From NCBI GenBank assembly GCA_046563655.1, contig CM102288.1, positions 4,402,001-4,466,000 of the forward strand: a stretch of 64,000 bases of DNA, given 5' to 3'. Within the stretch, counting starts at the first letter, position 1. Each line of letters starts with the position of its first letter. The notes below the pieces were generated by a model. The model had not been told where the DNA came from. It was given only the letters and a program-made list of their open reading frames with translations, and did no database searches. Positions 32,267 through 44,700 of the stretch are shown piece by piece. The DNA comes from Yuukianura sp. NJ FZ-2021 (lineage: Eukaryota). The position numbers were made by a program, and so were the translations under genes.

Positions 32267-35200
32267 ATGCCCGCTGTAAGTTCAGACCTTAAGGACTTGA
32301 TGTGCTACCAAATTCACAAGTTTGACAAAACTATGGGTACACCCCTTGGCGACTTGGATATGAAGAGCGACGACATGTCAGATTCGGAGATGATTGACGA
32401 AAATACGGTCATGTATCAAAACGTTCCGATGACCCCAACGACAACCTGTGACCAGAATTATGCAAACTGTGATTGTGACATACCAGCACCTCAGAGCAAC
32501 GTAAAAGACAGACACGTACTAACTCACCATCATTCTTTCCACTACTGTCCCGAGTATGAAAAACGTGTCAAGAGGTCACGGTCAATTCGGTTCGGATCCG
32601 GTGGCGACGTAATCATTAACAAGAACCATGGATATGCCAATACAAGTTGGTTGGTTCCCACGAGTCCACCGCTTCCGCTCAGAGAGAATAAGCCCAGTCA
32701 TCTGTCTCCTGTGGGTCATAGACATAGTCATAACCTTGACCTCTACAAAGACGGTTCCAATAACTTACGAATCAGTGTCAACTTGCCAGTTCCATTTGAT
32801 CTTGACTCCTTCCTCAAGACACATTCCTTGTCAATTAGTATCAATGTCAGTGAGAAGAAGAATTCGTCATTCGGAAGTGACCTCCGCAGTCGAGCTGATG
32901 ACCTCAATCGGAACCTTTTGAGTCAATCCGGATGGTACTATCGTAACGTCGATTGGCAGGTAAAGATAATTATAGTAACAATTACAAATCACTTTAGGAT
33001 TAACGTATGACTCAACTTAATTTTGATACACTTTGACTTTGACTAATGCGAATGTCACCTTACCGTTGACCATGTCCCCTTGACTCATCCCCAGTTCCGT
33101 CTTCTCAAGGTCACCTCGTCACTAAAGTTTTACACCTACAGGATACACCGTGTGAAATGTGAATTAAATTGAATGACGACACGATAACATGTGACATTGA
33201 AAGGTGTGCTTAACCTTGTTTGTAAAGCAATTAGCCAAATTCCAGGAAAAAGTACTCGTGAATTGCAATCCCTGAGTCCAGAATTTACTACAAAAAATGC
33301 TATAAATTGCACTACTCCACTCGACTCCGCTGTGATAAAATGACGTAACGGCAATTCATGCTGTTTTTCTCATGTTTTGCGTTCCAATTTCTCCGAATCA
33401 ACATTTGTTTACGGAGACACTTGAACTTGACCTTTGACATTTCGTTAACCCCAATCCAAAACCAATGAACTTTCAATTTTAAATTCTAGGAAACTGAAAG
33501 TAGTAAAACTAAATCTTTGTTTTTTTATGTTTCCAGGAATCAAGACGTATCTTAAAGTCAAGTCCGCTTGGAACTTTCCTTGTACGTGACTCCAGTGACC
33601 CCAACTACTCCTTCAGTCTCAGCGTTCAAACTGTCAAAGGTCCAATTTCATCTCGGATAGGTTTCAGTGGTGGCAAGTATCGACTGGACTCTCAGGTTAC
33701 GGATATGGACAAAATGCCAGCTTTTCCCACGGTCATTGCCCTCATTGAATACTATATCAAAAATGGACTTGTGCGAAGCCCTTCCGGAAGACAGGTAACG
33801 GTCGACAGTTTTGCTAAAAACAATTTGTATTTATCCTGTTTTCAAGTAACTCGCAATTTGAGGCCAAAATTATTTTTTGCGTACAAAAAGATATCTTGAG
33901 GTCAGAGGTCAAGTTAAGCTTGTTGAAAAGCCTCGTATGTTCTGGGTTTCTCCTGTTCCATCAGAATTTCTCAATTCGCGTAATCTCTATCGCATATCCA
34001 CGCCCAATTGACCTCTTATGTCCACTTTTTAATAGACTTATACATTACACTTATGACGACCAAAGAGCCAGTTAACACTGGACAGTATAATTACAACGTC
34101 ATAGGCAATTACCACACCGTCAATGACGTTCCAAGTTCCAAGACGTCATGAGAGTCGTTTCCTTCCATTATTGTTGGAACTCGATTAGTAATTGAGTATA
34201 AGTGCTACTTTTGGTCATGTTATGTTGACTTTGGAGGTAAAATGACCATTCATTTTCCTCTGAAGTTCTACAAAATTCGTCACTAACGAGTCAACAGCTC
34301 GTAGGTGTAGGTTAGTCCATTTATTACACCAAAGAATAACATTAGTACTTGTGAGGTAGCATGATTCATTAGCACAAAAATTAGCAGAAATGCCATGTCA
34401 CAAATCCCCAGAAAAAACTGATTACAACTGTTGGAATGATGGTTACAGTGAATGTGGTGAACGGGAACTCGATACGACCGGATATCGGTTGGTGTGTGCG
34501 GTTGGATCTTCCAGAAAAAAGAAATTGGAGACACCAATTGTTTCCAATTCTGCGTAAATTTACAATTGTTCCCCCCTTTTCCATTGTATAATGCTTGAAT
34601 TGTACCCTGTTTCCTTGAAATACGCTTTACTGCAAATTACGAATTGCAAATGTTTCAAACTTTTTAGAATTTTGGGGAATCATTGGAAATTTAGAAAAGT
34701 GTAGCAAAAAGGGAGGGGGATGTCACAGGGTCACATTTCTTGGAATTGGGGAAAGAAATGTGGGATGACCTCAGAAAAATAGGATCTACCTCACTCGGTA
34801 GTTACTTGTGTAAGGTACCTTGCAAAAAAAAAGTTAAGGAATACCTGCTTCTGTTGGTCATCATCATCGTAACAGATTTTCGCACAAAAAAAATGCAAAA
34901 ACTGAAAGTCATTACACTTTACAGAGAATTGTTGTGAGGGATGATGCAATTTGCATGTCCGGTACTCCATAGACGCTTCATTTCATTTGTAAATGAATTA
35001 AGGGCGGCTTATGTTGCAAATTTTTTGTGTTCAAAAATTGTGCAATGATTTCATTTGCAAAAATTTTGCGATTTTGAACACTGCTGCGTAGAATTTCTGA
35101 GAAATTGGACGAGAATTCTTAGGAATGATTTTGCAACTCAAATTCGCGAGTTTCTGTCCTTTGATTTCAAAATTTAGTCTATTCCTTTTTATAAACTTTG

Positions 35201-35422
35201 TTTGAAATGTAAATTTTTGTATCGTTTTAGGTTTGGATCGACTCTCAAGGTCAAATCTGCTCACAAGTTCAATTGACAAAACCAAAGGTGAAGAGCGTGG
35301 GGTGCTTGGCCCATTTATGTCGTATGGTGCTAAATCAAAATCAACAGAATAAGGCTAGAAATCCTCAAAAAGTTCCTGTCTCTATTCAATCCTACTTGGA
35401 CGAATATCCTTACTCAATTTAA
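32267..35422 (+). CDS. SOCS2: Suppressor of cytokine signalling, SOCS2/CIS type (ESS + SH2 + SOCS box); exons 32267-32959, 33537-33794, 35231-35422
   Basis: LLSQSGWYYRNVDWQ-ESRRIL...GTFLVRDSSDPNYSFSLSVQTVKGPISSRI is the SH2 domain. The third exon, absent from the ORF track, reads VWIDSQGQICSQVQLTKPKVKSVGCLAHLCRMVLN...VPVSIQSYLDEYPYSI* (SOCS box). SOCS2 versus CIS cannot be resolved. Confidence 0.88.
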
Positions 35423-37717
35423 TTATCATTTTAGTTAAAATTTTAATTATTTAACTAATTTATTTAATTTGAATTCCTACAAAACTGTAACTCTAGACGC
35501 CTAAATTGGTTTTAGTTTAGTAATTCTTAATTTCAGTGACTCAACAGTTGCCAAAAGAAAGTTGGAGAAAGCAAGCGCAAATGAAATCGATTAGGTTAAA
35601 AATTATATCTTAAAATTCTTGTTTTAAATTATTTTTGTACCTATTGTTATTAATTGATTATTGGCAGAGTCAGAATCTCTTGTTTAGACAAAAATTTTGT
35701 TTTCTTGTTCAGAACAACATTTTAGAACAACTTTAAAAATCAATTTCTCACTGTCAGCTCTCCCGGGTTTTTCTACGTTCCAAGAATAATGGAAATTTTA
35801 GTTTGTAGAAAAAGCTTTAACTTTTTAAGTCCAAAGTTCCTTTGAACAAACTTTAAACATAAGCAACACCAACTGCAATATATACTTCATATGAAATAAA
35901 TTAAAATATCAATAATCCATAACTGTTTTGTGCAATTTTTCTCTAAATTGTTGCCAATTAAAATTGACACACACATGACATCACTTCTACTTTTACTTGA
36001 CTTCAAACCTTATAATTCCAGATCCGTTTTTAATCTGAAATGGTGACGTCAATTTAAAACAAGTTTTTAAAAAAAGACGCATAAGAAAATCCAGCTCAGG
36101 GTACTGATGCTGTTGAATCTTGGACTTTTTACTGGAAAAACTGGATTTGCAAAAACTTGAAAATTATCTGCATTTTTTGCAACTTTGTAATTTCACGCCT
36201 TTCTCCAATTCTGTCAAGGTCGAACTGAAAAGTCAAATTGAAAAAAAAAACTTGATATTTTCTTATTAAAACGTAAAAATTTAGATACATTTTTTAAAGA
36301 AACCTGAATTTGATAAACTGGTTAGGTTAGACTTTCTACGTCGAAATTGGGAATCAGTAAAATGCAAAAACTAAGCATTTTAAACATAAATGAACTTTTG
36401 CAATTTTGCGGAGGTTGTAATTACATGTTGCGAAATTTTGCGAATTTCGGAAACCAATACAGACAGGAAGTTTCGTTGGTTTGGACTTGAATTAAAATTG
36501 GAGTGGTGGTGGTGAGGGTTCCTAGAAATTGTTGGTTAATGTACAAAAGCCTGAAAGTGGAGCTGAATTTCTCTTTCCGCGAATCCATCAAGGTACATGT
36601 GCTAATTTTGGCAGGGGAGGGCTAAAATATTAAGTTTACGTCTTTGCAGGAAAATAAAAATTTGCACTTCCCTTTCCTTTCAAAGGGAACCACTCTGCTC
36701 AAACATGTGAAGGTTTCTTAGAAGTAGTAAAACTTCTAGGTAGGAAATGGCCAAAAGGAAATGAAACTTTTAGAAATAACAGAACCTGTAGCTATTTAGC
36801 CGGATTTTTATTAACTTTGTTTATGTATTTATATCACTTTTTTGCGAATTTATACTTTTTTGTACAAAATCTTCAGTAGACAACTCCTACACTCCATCTA
36901 AAGTGAAACTTATTTTTGGAATGCTTTTGTCATTTCAAAAAATATTTTCCTCAAAGCGACAGGATTTGCAATTTATTTTTAACTTTTACAAAAAAAAGTA
37001 TGCAAAATCGCCCACTGCTTTTGCTTTTTTTTTTCTAAAAAAAAGTTTTAAAAACTGGAAATCAAAATCAGAAAGATTACAACACTCGAATTTTTTTTAA
37101 AAAATTCAGCAAAATGAAACAAACAAAGATAAAGCAAAAACTAAAAACTTTCTGCGAACTCTGAAAAGTTTTCTAGGCAGAACGTATTACAAAATCTAAA
37201 CACAAAACCCCTCAATTAATTCAAAGTTCAGAAAATTTTTAACTTGGTTTTGAAAGTTTCTGTTAGGAATAAAATTTTCTGAAATAATTTTCTACGTAAC
37301 AGAAAAATGAAAGTTTGGAATTTGGACGCCCTTTCACTTTGACTTTGGTTAAAACATGTTTCCTGGGACTTCGACTTCCACTTCAGTTTCTTTTCAAAAG
37401 CAAAAGTGAAAGTCTACTTCAACTTTCTTTGAAAACTTTTTCGCAAAAAAGTTCTTGAGCACAGAAGATTTTCCTAAAATTGAGCTCTGGAGGAGTAGAG
37501 ACAAGGAATTCTAGGAATTCCTTCCGCCTTCTCTGCTTGTTACAAAGGAAGTGCCACTCTTTTGTAGGAAAAGTGAGGACAAAATTGGTCTTTTACAAAG
37601 TCTCCTCGCATCTCTTTTCAGAATTCGCAATTTGCAAAAAGTCGCAATCTCACGAGAAGAGCGCTCTTCCATCCAAATTCTCTGAATTTTCAAATTCCTG
37701 AAAACGAAAAAAGAGAA

Positions 37718-38533
37718 GGAAATTAGATTTCTAATGAAAAAGCACACATAGTTCCACTTTTCCGCCTGTTGTTTCTAAAATTCTAGGAAAAGCTTACAAT
37801 TGGAACAAATATTTGAATTGAAAGGCCGAGCTGGCTCAAAATTATTTTGAATTATTTTGTCAATGAATTCGTTTTTTGAATGTTGAACACGAAAATTCTA
37901 CTGAAAAGCGGAAGTTCTACAAAAATACTTGTGTGTTCTGAAGATAAAAAAAGTAAATCTTAGAATTGGTCGCTCTTCTTTCTTTCTTTGCAAAAAATGA
38001 AACATCTTATGAATAAATAACGGAGCATATCTTCTACGCCATTAAAAGAAAGTTACGCAGAGTATTGCACATCTTCGTGTTCCCAGTTCCAGTTCCAGAC
38101 TCCGATCCATCACGATACAACCTCTGCCATCGTTTTCAGCATTAGGATGATCCCCAGTGGGGGGCTGCCAACACTGGAAATTAGACCTCTAATGAAAAAG
38201 TACAGATACTTCCACTTTTCCGCCTTTTGTTTCTAAAGTTCTACGGAAAGCTTACAATTGGAACAAATATTTGAATTGAAAGGTTGAATGAAAAATAACT
38301 GGCTCAAAATTATTTTCCCCCAGGAATTCGTTTCTTGATTGTTGAACACGAAAATTCTATTGAAAAGCGGAAGTTCTACAACAATATTTGTATGTTTTTG
38401 AAGACAAGAAAAAGTAGATCCTTAGAATTGTTCGCTCATTTTTATTTCTTTGAAAAAATGAAACATTTTGTGAATAAATAACAGAGCATGAAAAAATGAA
38501 ACATTTTGTGAATAAATAACAAAGCATATCTTG
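37718..38533. repeat. Diverged local direct duplication (~320-360 bp; copies ~37718-38033 and ~38176-38533) downstream of the RING-ZZ gene
   Basis: Both copies read GGAAATTAGA...CTAATGAAAAAG...TTCCACTTTTCCGCCT...AAGCTTACAATTGGAACAAATATTTGAATTGAAAGG...GTTGAACACGAAAATTCTA...GCATATCTT. The second copy has an extra internal ~30-bp tandem repeat (38453, 38491). Confidence 0.9.
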
Positions 38534-38591
38534 TAACACTCCAACAACAAGTTACATGTAAATTTTAAATTGAGAATTTTGTTTTGAAGCT

Positions 38592-39971
38592 TCACTCTTC
38601 TGCGCGCATCCCAAAAATGTCGTCTTCATCCTGACTTTCATCAACGTCGCCTTCCCAGTCATTTTCGGAGTTATCTTCATCTTCAACTTCATCTTCAACT
38701 TCAGAATTATTTTCTCCATCATCTATTTCAATTTCAGAATCGTCATCGTTTTCATCTGATTCATTTTCCAAATTATCTTCATCTTCCCCTGCTGCTCCAG
38801 GTTCACCATCGTTATCGCCTGGCACATTGGCTCCATTTTCAATTTCAACATCAGCAGGCCCTCCAGCGTCCGATCCATCATGATCCATGTCATCTTCGCC
38901 ACTTCTGGCATCGTTTTCAGCATTAGGAGCGGAAGAAGCTGTTTCAGAATCGGTTACAGTCGAACCAGAAACGACACGTCGAATAAATCCAAAAATGTTC
39001 CGGAACCTCAAGCCCAGACTACTAGCAAACCCTGAGTTTGTAGGTGTTGGGATATCGTTACCTGCAGTATTCGGAGGTTGATCGAGGCGAGGACGAAGAA
39101 GCACGACGCGACGCACAGGTCGTGCAATCGGTCTTGTATCGGCTTGGCCTTCATTTGCAAGTCGATGGTTGCGCCAATTACGCTGGAAAAAGAATTCGAA
39201 AATGAATTCCAGAATTTAATGATTTTTATCCAATGTTTCCTTGAAAATTTGTTACCCTCGCTTTTTCCATTTGATTTGCATGCGAAGGGTTGTCAATCCG
39301 AATCAAGAGGTGGTGGCCGTGAACGCCGTCCTAAACGAATCTAATTAATAAGGAGGAGAATTAATTTATTTGGAGCTTACCTTAGCACAACGCTGGCAAA
39401 GATCAAAACTCTCCGGACATTCGGAACAAAGAAATCGAACACCTTCGATGACACCCTTTCCAGAAATTATGCACTGCGGTCCATCGCACGTCACTCCTGT
39501 CAAATAAAGAGAGAAGTTGAAATGAATCGTCCAAGGAGTTTTTCGTTAAAGTTCAAAGAGAATCCGGAAAGTCTCACCGTGTCGAACTTTGGCACGTCGA
39601 GGTTCTCGCTCAAATGTAAAGTGTCTGACCCGGAATGTCTGCCTTGGTAAACGCGGTTGTTCAGCTGGAGGAATGTGTGGTGCTCTGGGAACCAATCCAA
39701 GAGCTACGGCCTGTTCCGCGATGCGTTCAACGGCTCGATTCCGAATCGGGAGAGTGGTGGAGTACATGGTTTTGCAACTGGGGCATCGTTTTGGCTGCAG
39801 TTGGCTGTAACAACGGACACAAATGATGTGACCCGCGTCGCACTGGTATACATGGCCATGTAGAAACTCCAGACAAACGGTACAATCGAGTAGGCCATCG
39901 GTGCGAAGTTCTCTTTGAGCAGGCCCGTCGTTGTCAGCGGGGTCAGGATGAGCGGCGGCGGGGGCTGCCAT
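38592..39971 (-). CDS. Putative E3 ligase: Sina/SIAH-type RING + ZZ zinc finger + acidic tail; exons 39971-39578, 39496-39381, 39330-39256, 39182-38592
   Basis: RING CTVCLEFLHGHVYQCDAGHIICVRC...CPSCK followed by IRNRAVERIA (Sina-type). Spliced ZZ HGVTCDGPQC...IEGVRFLCSECPESFDLCQRCAKDGVHGHHLLIRI. D/E-rich C-terminus. Confidence 0.85.
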
Positions 39972-40649
39972 TTTGCTACATTCAAAGATAAACTACATAT
40001 CAGTTTCCAAATTTCTGGACAGAATCGTTTCTATTAAGTCTAAAACTTTACCTTACCGACAACCTTCACGTTCCAGAATCTAGACAATTGACTTAATTGA
40101 TTGATGAAGAGATGACAGAGGACGGTGCGGTGGGGAGAGGGTTGGTTGACTCGGTCACTTGATATGAAATGAGAACTCCTGATCTACAAAAATTATTGCC
40201 AAAGGTCATTAACCTTTCAAAAAATGAGCGGGAAAACAAAACATTGAAAAAAAGGCGGCAAGTCGCCATGGCGGCAAAAAAAAACCGTTGTCCGAAATAC
40301 CTTATTTCCCGTGTCACATGAATTAAATTTGATATTACGTGATATTGATATCAATAAATTAGTCCACTAAGAATAAGATAAATTAATCGCATAAACTAAA
40401 ATTAAGATCTAAACAGCTTAAGTGGTTTTTCTTTGTTTACATTTTGATTTGAATTTGAACGGCGGGAAAAACCAAAATTTCTTTTCAGCTCTCAGCTGTC
40501 ATCTGCCTGCATTTGAAATTGCAATCATGGTCATGAAGTCGTATTTTGTTTAATTAATTGTTAATTATTTAGTAATTGGTTATCAGAATAGGCTTATTAA
40601 TTTCAGTTTCACAAGTTTTTTTAGGCAGTAGTTTGTTCAACTAATAAGT

Positions 40650-41574
40650 ATGTTTAACTCAACTGGAATATTTGATGTAGACGGGGAAGACGTGTTAGTT
40701 AAAATCACCGATACTATTTTTGCACCACAATTATCTAACCTTAATTTTGATTTTTTGATGACCTCTCAGAAACTCTCCTTCTCCGTCGAAGCAGCGTCGC
40801 ATGAAGTTCAACTTCCATAAAGTCCAACCTTTCGCCGTTGACAAGTCAGCTGTCGTAACTGAGTTAATTTTGAGCAGCACTGGAGCACAGGTTAGTCGCC
40901 AAGCAACTAAATGACAACAAACGTAATCAAAAACGTTTACAATCTAGTCAATTCACTATATCCGACTTGTGTAGGATGCGATCGCCAAGTTACAAGCATC
41001 AGCTCCAGCAGCGCGTGCCAATAAAGGTCCTGATGTCGTGTCAGTACTACTTGAACAGTACACCTCAGCAGTAAATTCCATTAAAGAGGAGAACAAAAAG
41101 CTGAGAGAATCGGTACCGGAAGTCATTTGAACTCTGCATTATTCAAAAACATAAAATTCGTTGAATTTTTTACTTTGATTAGATTGCCGACGAAACGCCG
41201 TTACCTCTCGTCGAAGAGACACGATCCAATACCAGCCCGAAAGGATTGGTTGCAGTCATCGATCGACTCATTCAAGACTTTGGAGCCGGAGAAGAATTAA
41301 ATCCCTCTAATCAACAGTACCATCAGGAATCAGGAACTACTTTTGACGTTCAAACTCAGCAGGAAAGTGAGCAATCTATCGACGACATTCTTCGATTGAC
41401 CGGCGCCATGCTTGATGTAAGTTATTGTTTCTTGCAGAAATATAAACATAATTCAGAAAATTTTGGTCCAAAAGATTTCCATTAACTTTTCTTTTGTTTT
41501 AGCGAGCCCAACTTGCCGAAAAAATTGAGAGATTCGACATGCAAAAGAATCTCGAAGTGGAGCATATCCAGTAG
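40650..41574 (+). CDS. Hypothetical protein with short coiled coil, ~5 exons
   Basis: Frame-consistent GT-AG exons reading ...KQRRMKFNFHKVQPFAVDKSAVVTELILSSTGAQ / DAIAKLQ...YTSAVNSIKEENKKLRES / IADETP...MLD / RAQLAEKIERFDMQKNLEVEHIQ*. The start exon is uncertain and no family was recognised. Confidence 0.6.
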
Positions 41575-41769
41575 ACTAGGATCATTTTGCGTACAATTTT
41601 TTCTACTCTAAATTGTAAATGTCTTTCTGCCATAATCTAGTAAAGTCCAGTTTCACTTTCACACCACTGATGAAGTTGTTTATTTCGAGTTTATGTTAAT
41701 TTAAATCAAGTTATTGCAATGATAATATTTTTTCTTTTGTCTTACAGCAAATAGTGACCATAAATTGGT

Positions 41770-44700
41770 TCAGTATTGGTTGGACGACTTGTTCCAGGAC
41801 CCATGACCATCGTACTGGTCATCTTCTTCTTCCTCAACTTCTTCATACTCAACTTCCTCTCCATCGTCTTCAATTTCTTCCACTTCTTCTTCTACAACTT
41901 CTTCTTCTTCCGACTCCGACCCATCGCCTCCGTCCACTTCGGCTTCATACGATCCTCGACGATGCTGATTAGATCCAGCGGCTTGTCCAGCTTCACGTGA
42001 GAACGAAGCTTGCTTTCCAAGGGCATAATTCAGAGCCTGGAAGGTAAACGATATTGATCAATACTGATTTTACACTTTTATTAATAATTCGTAGTTGATG
42101 AATTTACTTCCAGAGTCTCTTTTTTGATAAATTGTCCAGGTTTATTCGGAATGGATTGCTTCATTTCCACTAACGTGTCCACAGCCGCCTCAAATTCTCG
42201 ATTAGCCACAAAATATTCAATGAGCACCGCAAAAACGTCGCCGCGACTTACACTTCCTTCGATACTCAAGTCCCTCACAAACGTTTGTAGTTCCTGAATC
42301 GTTTCTGTTGGACTGTGTTGCAAGGAACTGCATAAAATGAAAAAAATTGTAAGTGTTCAATTTCAACCGTCCAGATTCAAGACAGATTCTGTAGGAGTCA
42401 TGAGTGTCTTACTGTTTTAGAGTTATGAAAGTGTGGACATTGTTAATTTTGGTCCTAATTCTGCTCAGTTTGTGTTCATAGGACTTGAGAGCACTGCCAG
42501 CCGTCTCTTGTGAAATGAGATCTTGAAGCAACTTTTCAGCTTTTCGCAAATGCTCCAAGGTCGCATCATAATTTTTGTCCACTTCGTAACTACTTGTAGC
42601 CCACGCTTCGTAGAAGGAGACAATTGATTCAGGCATTTTGGCTTTTGTGTAAAACATGACAATTTTGTCAACAGTTTTGGGCGACCGTTGCCAGTCGGTC
42701 GTCTGAAGGTAGTTGGCAGCCATGTGGTAAATGTCGCGGTGTCGTGAGATATTTGCATAGTGGATGATCCGTTCCGTGTCACCACTTTTCAGAAGAACCT
42801 TCATGGCTTTTTCCTAAAAAGTAAGTAAAAAAAAACTTTGAAAAGGAAAATTCATAATTTTGAGTTTCATTTTTTACTTTGTTTCCAGCTTGTGTAAATT
42901 TCTTTGCTGCCAAATGATAACTGCCTTGCAGCATGCAACATTCACCGATTTTTTCCAAAATCCGAAGTCTTTCAGAAGCGTCGATTCCTTCTTCGCCTTT
43001 GGCAGGGGTGAGTCTCTCAGCCATTTCTTCGTCAATTTGAATTTTATACTTGACACAAACGTCCAATGCTTCGGAATACTGAAAAAAAATATTCAAATAG
43101 AAATTTTGCAACTTTCTGTTTTTGATCAGATTTTTTTTGTACCTTCTTCGCACTGGCATAAACGTCCAAAGCTTTGCTAAATTGCTGGTTCGCAACAAAA
43201 AATTCTGCACATCTCTTCAGCATTTCTGGATCTTTGCGTTCCGATGACTCCAGCAGGTCACGCGCCACGTCCTGAAGAGCTCCAAATTCCTGTGTGCTGA
43301 AAATTTCAAGAAAAATGTAAGTTCACCTTTCAGTTTTGAATTTCGAAATTTTGTCTATTTTGAATTTCGTATTTTTCGTTCTTACGCATAGGCAATGTCC
43401 ATCGCTTTGGAACTGAATCCACCTTTGTGGTAAAGTCGAACAGCTTTTTCATAATCCGGTGGATCTTTGGTTTCAAAATACTTCGCGGCTTCCAGTTGAT
43501 CTCCAGGAGTAGCCAAATGGGACAAATTGAACAGCATTTCGTCCATTTCATGGTCACGACAAATCCGCATTGCTGGACCGTAGGCTTCTGCTCGTTGGTA
43601 GAACAGGACAGCATCGTCTGGATTTCCAGCAGCTTGGTATACTCCGGCCAAGTGATAACATGATGCTTTGTCCTTGACAGTTTCAGCAACTTCACGTGCC
43701 CGGTCAACTTGTTCCAGGAAACAGAGCAGTCTGGTTAAGGATATCCAGTCTTCGGCCAGTTCGTAGTAATATAGGGCCTTCTCAATGTCCTCGATACTCT
43801 CCAGGTACTGAGCCCACCACTTGTACAATTCTCTGCAATTTCAAAAAAAGTTCAAGATTCTTTTTTCAAAATTTTCAAAAAAAAAAATGATTTGTTCAGA
43901 CTTTTCTTTCTTCTGGACAACATATTTCTCAAGACGAGCTGGATTTCCTTGCAGCATGCGCGTAACATCGGTTTTGTGTGTTCCAGCTTTTTCGTAGTAC
44001 GAAATGGCTTCTTCGATGGCTCCTCCTTCTTCCAAGTACTTTGCATATAGGAAGCAAGTCGTTTTGTACTGGATTCGATAGTGTTTCTCACACACGTCAA
44101 TGGCTTTGGTCCACTGTTCACAGGTTATGAACATGTCAACGAGAAGGTCATATCTGTTGCAACTACGCAGGAGTCGTTCAGCTTCGTCCTGGAAAACATT
44201 CAAAAAAGATGACCAAAATTTGCACTTTTTCTAAAAAGTATTTTTTTTTTAGTTTTTACAATCATGTCAAGCTGCAGAGCCAACATGGCCACTTGAGCAT
44301 CAATTTCATCACCACGCTGTTTGCTCAAGCGCAAAGCACGAGCAGCACCAACATTTTTCATACGAGCGAAACAAATTGAAGCCACATCGACACGCTTGGA
44401 CACGAGGCACAGACGAGCCATGTTTTTCCAAATTTCAATACTGGAATTTCGAAAAAAAAAAAATTCAAAATTTCAACTTTTTAAGTTTGATCTTTTCGTT
44501 TTTGCACCTTTGGATATTTTCCATAGCCACTAGAGCTTTATCGACGTCGCCGCAGAGGTGATGGTAGACGTAACTAAGCAACGCTTGCTTCACTTCACGC
44601 TGCTGCTTTCCATCTTTCAGCGTTTCTTCATCCACACCACGGAAATCAGCGATTGCTTTTCGTTCTAAACTCAGCGAAGCTTGTGCACTCTGAAATAAGT

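Noticed and set aside
33795..35230. Apparent lack of a SOCS box after the SH2 exon
   Set aside because: The SOCS-box exon is present at 35231-35422; the ORF track simply missed it.
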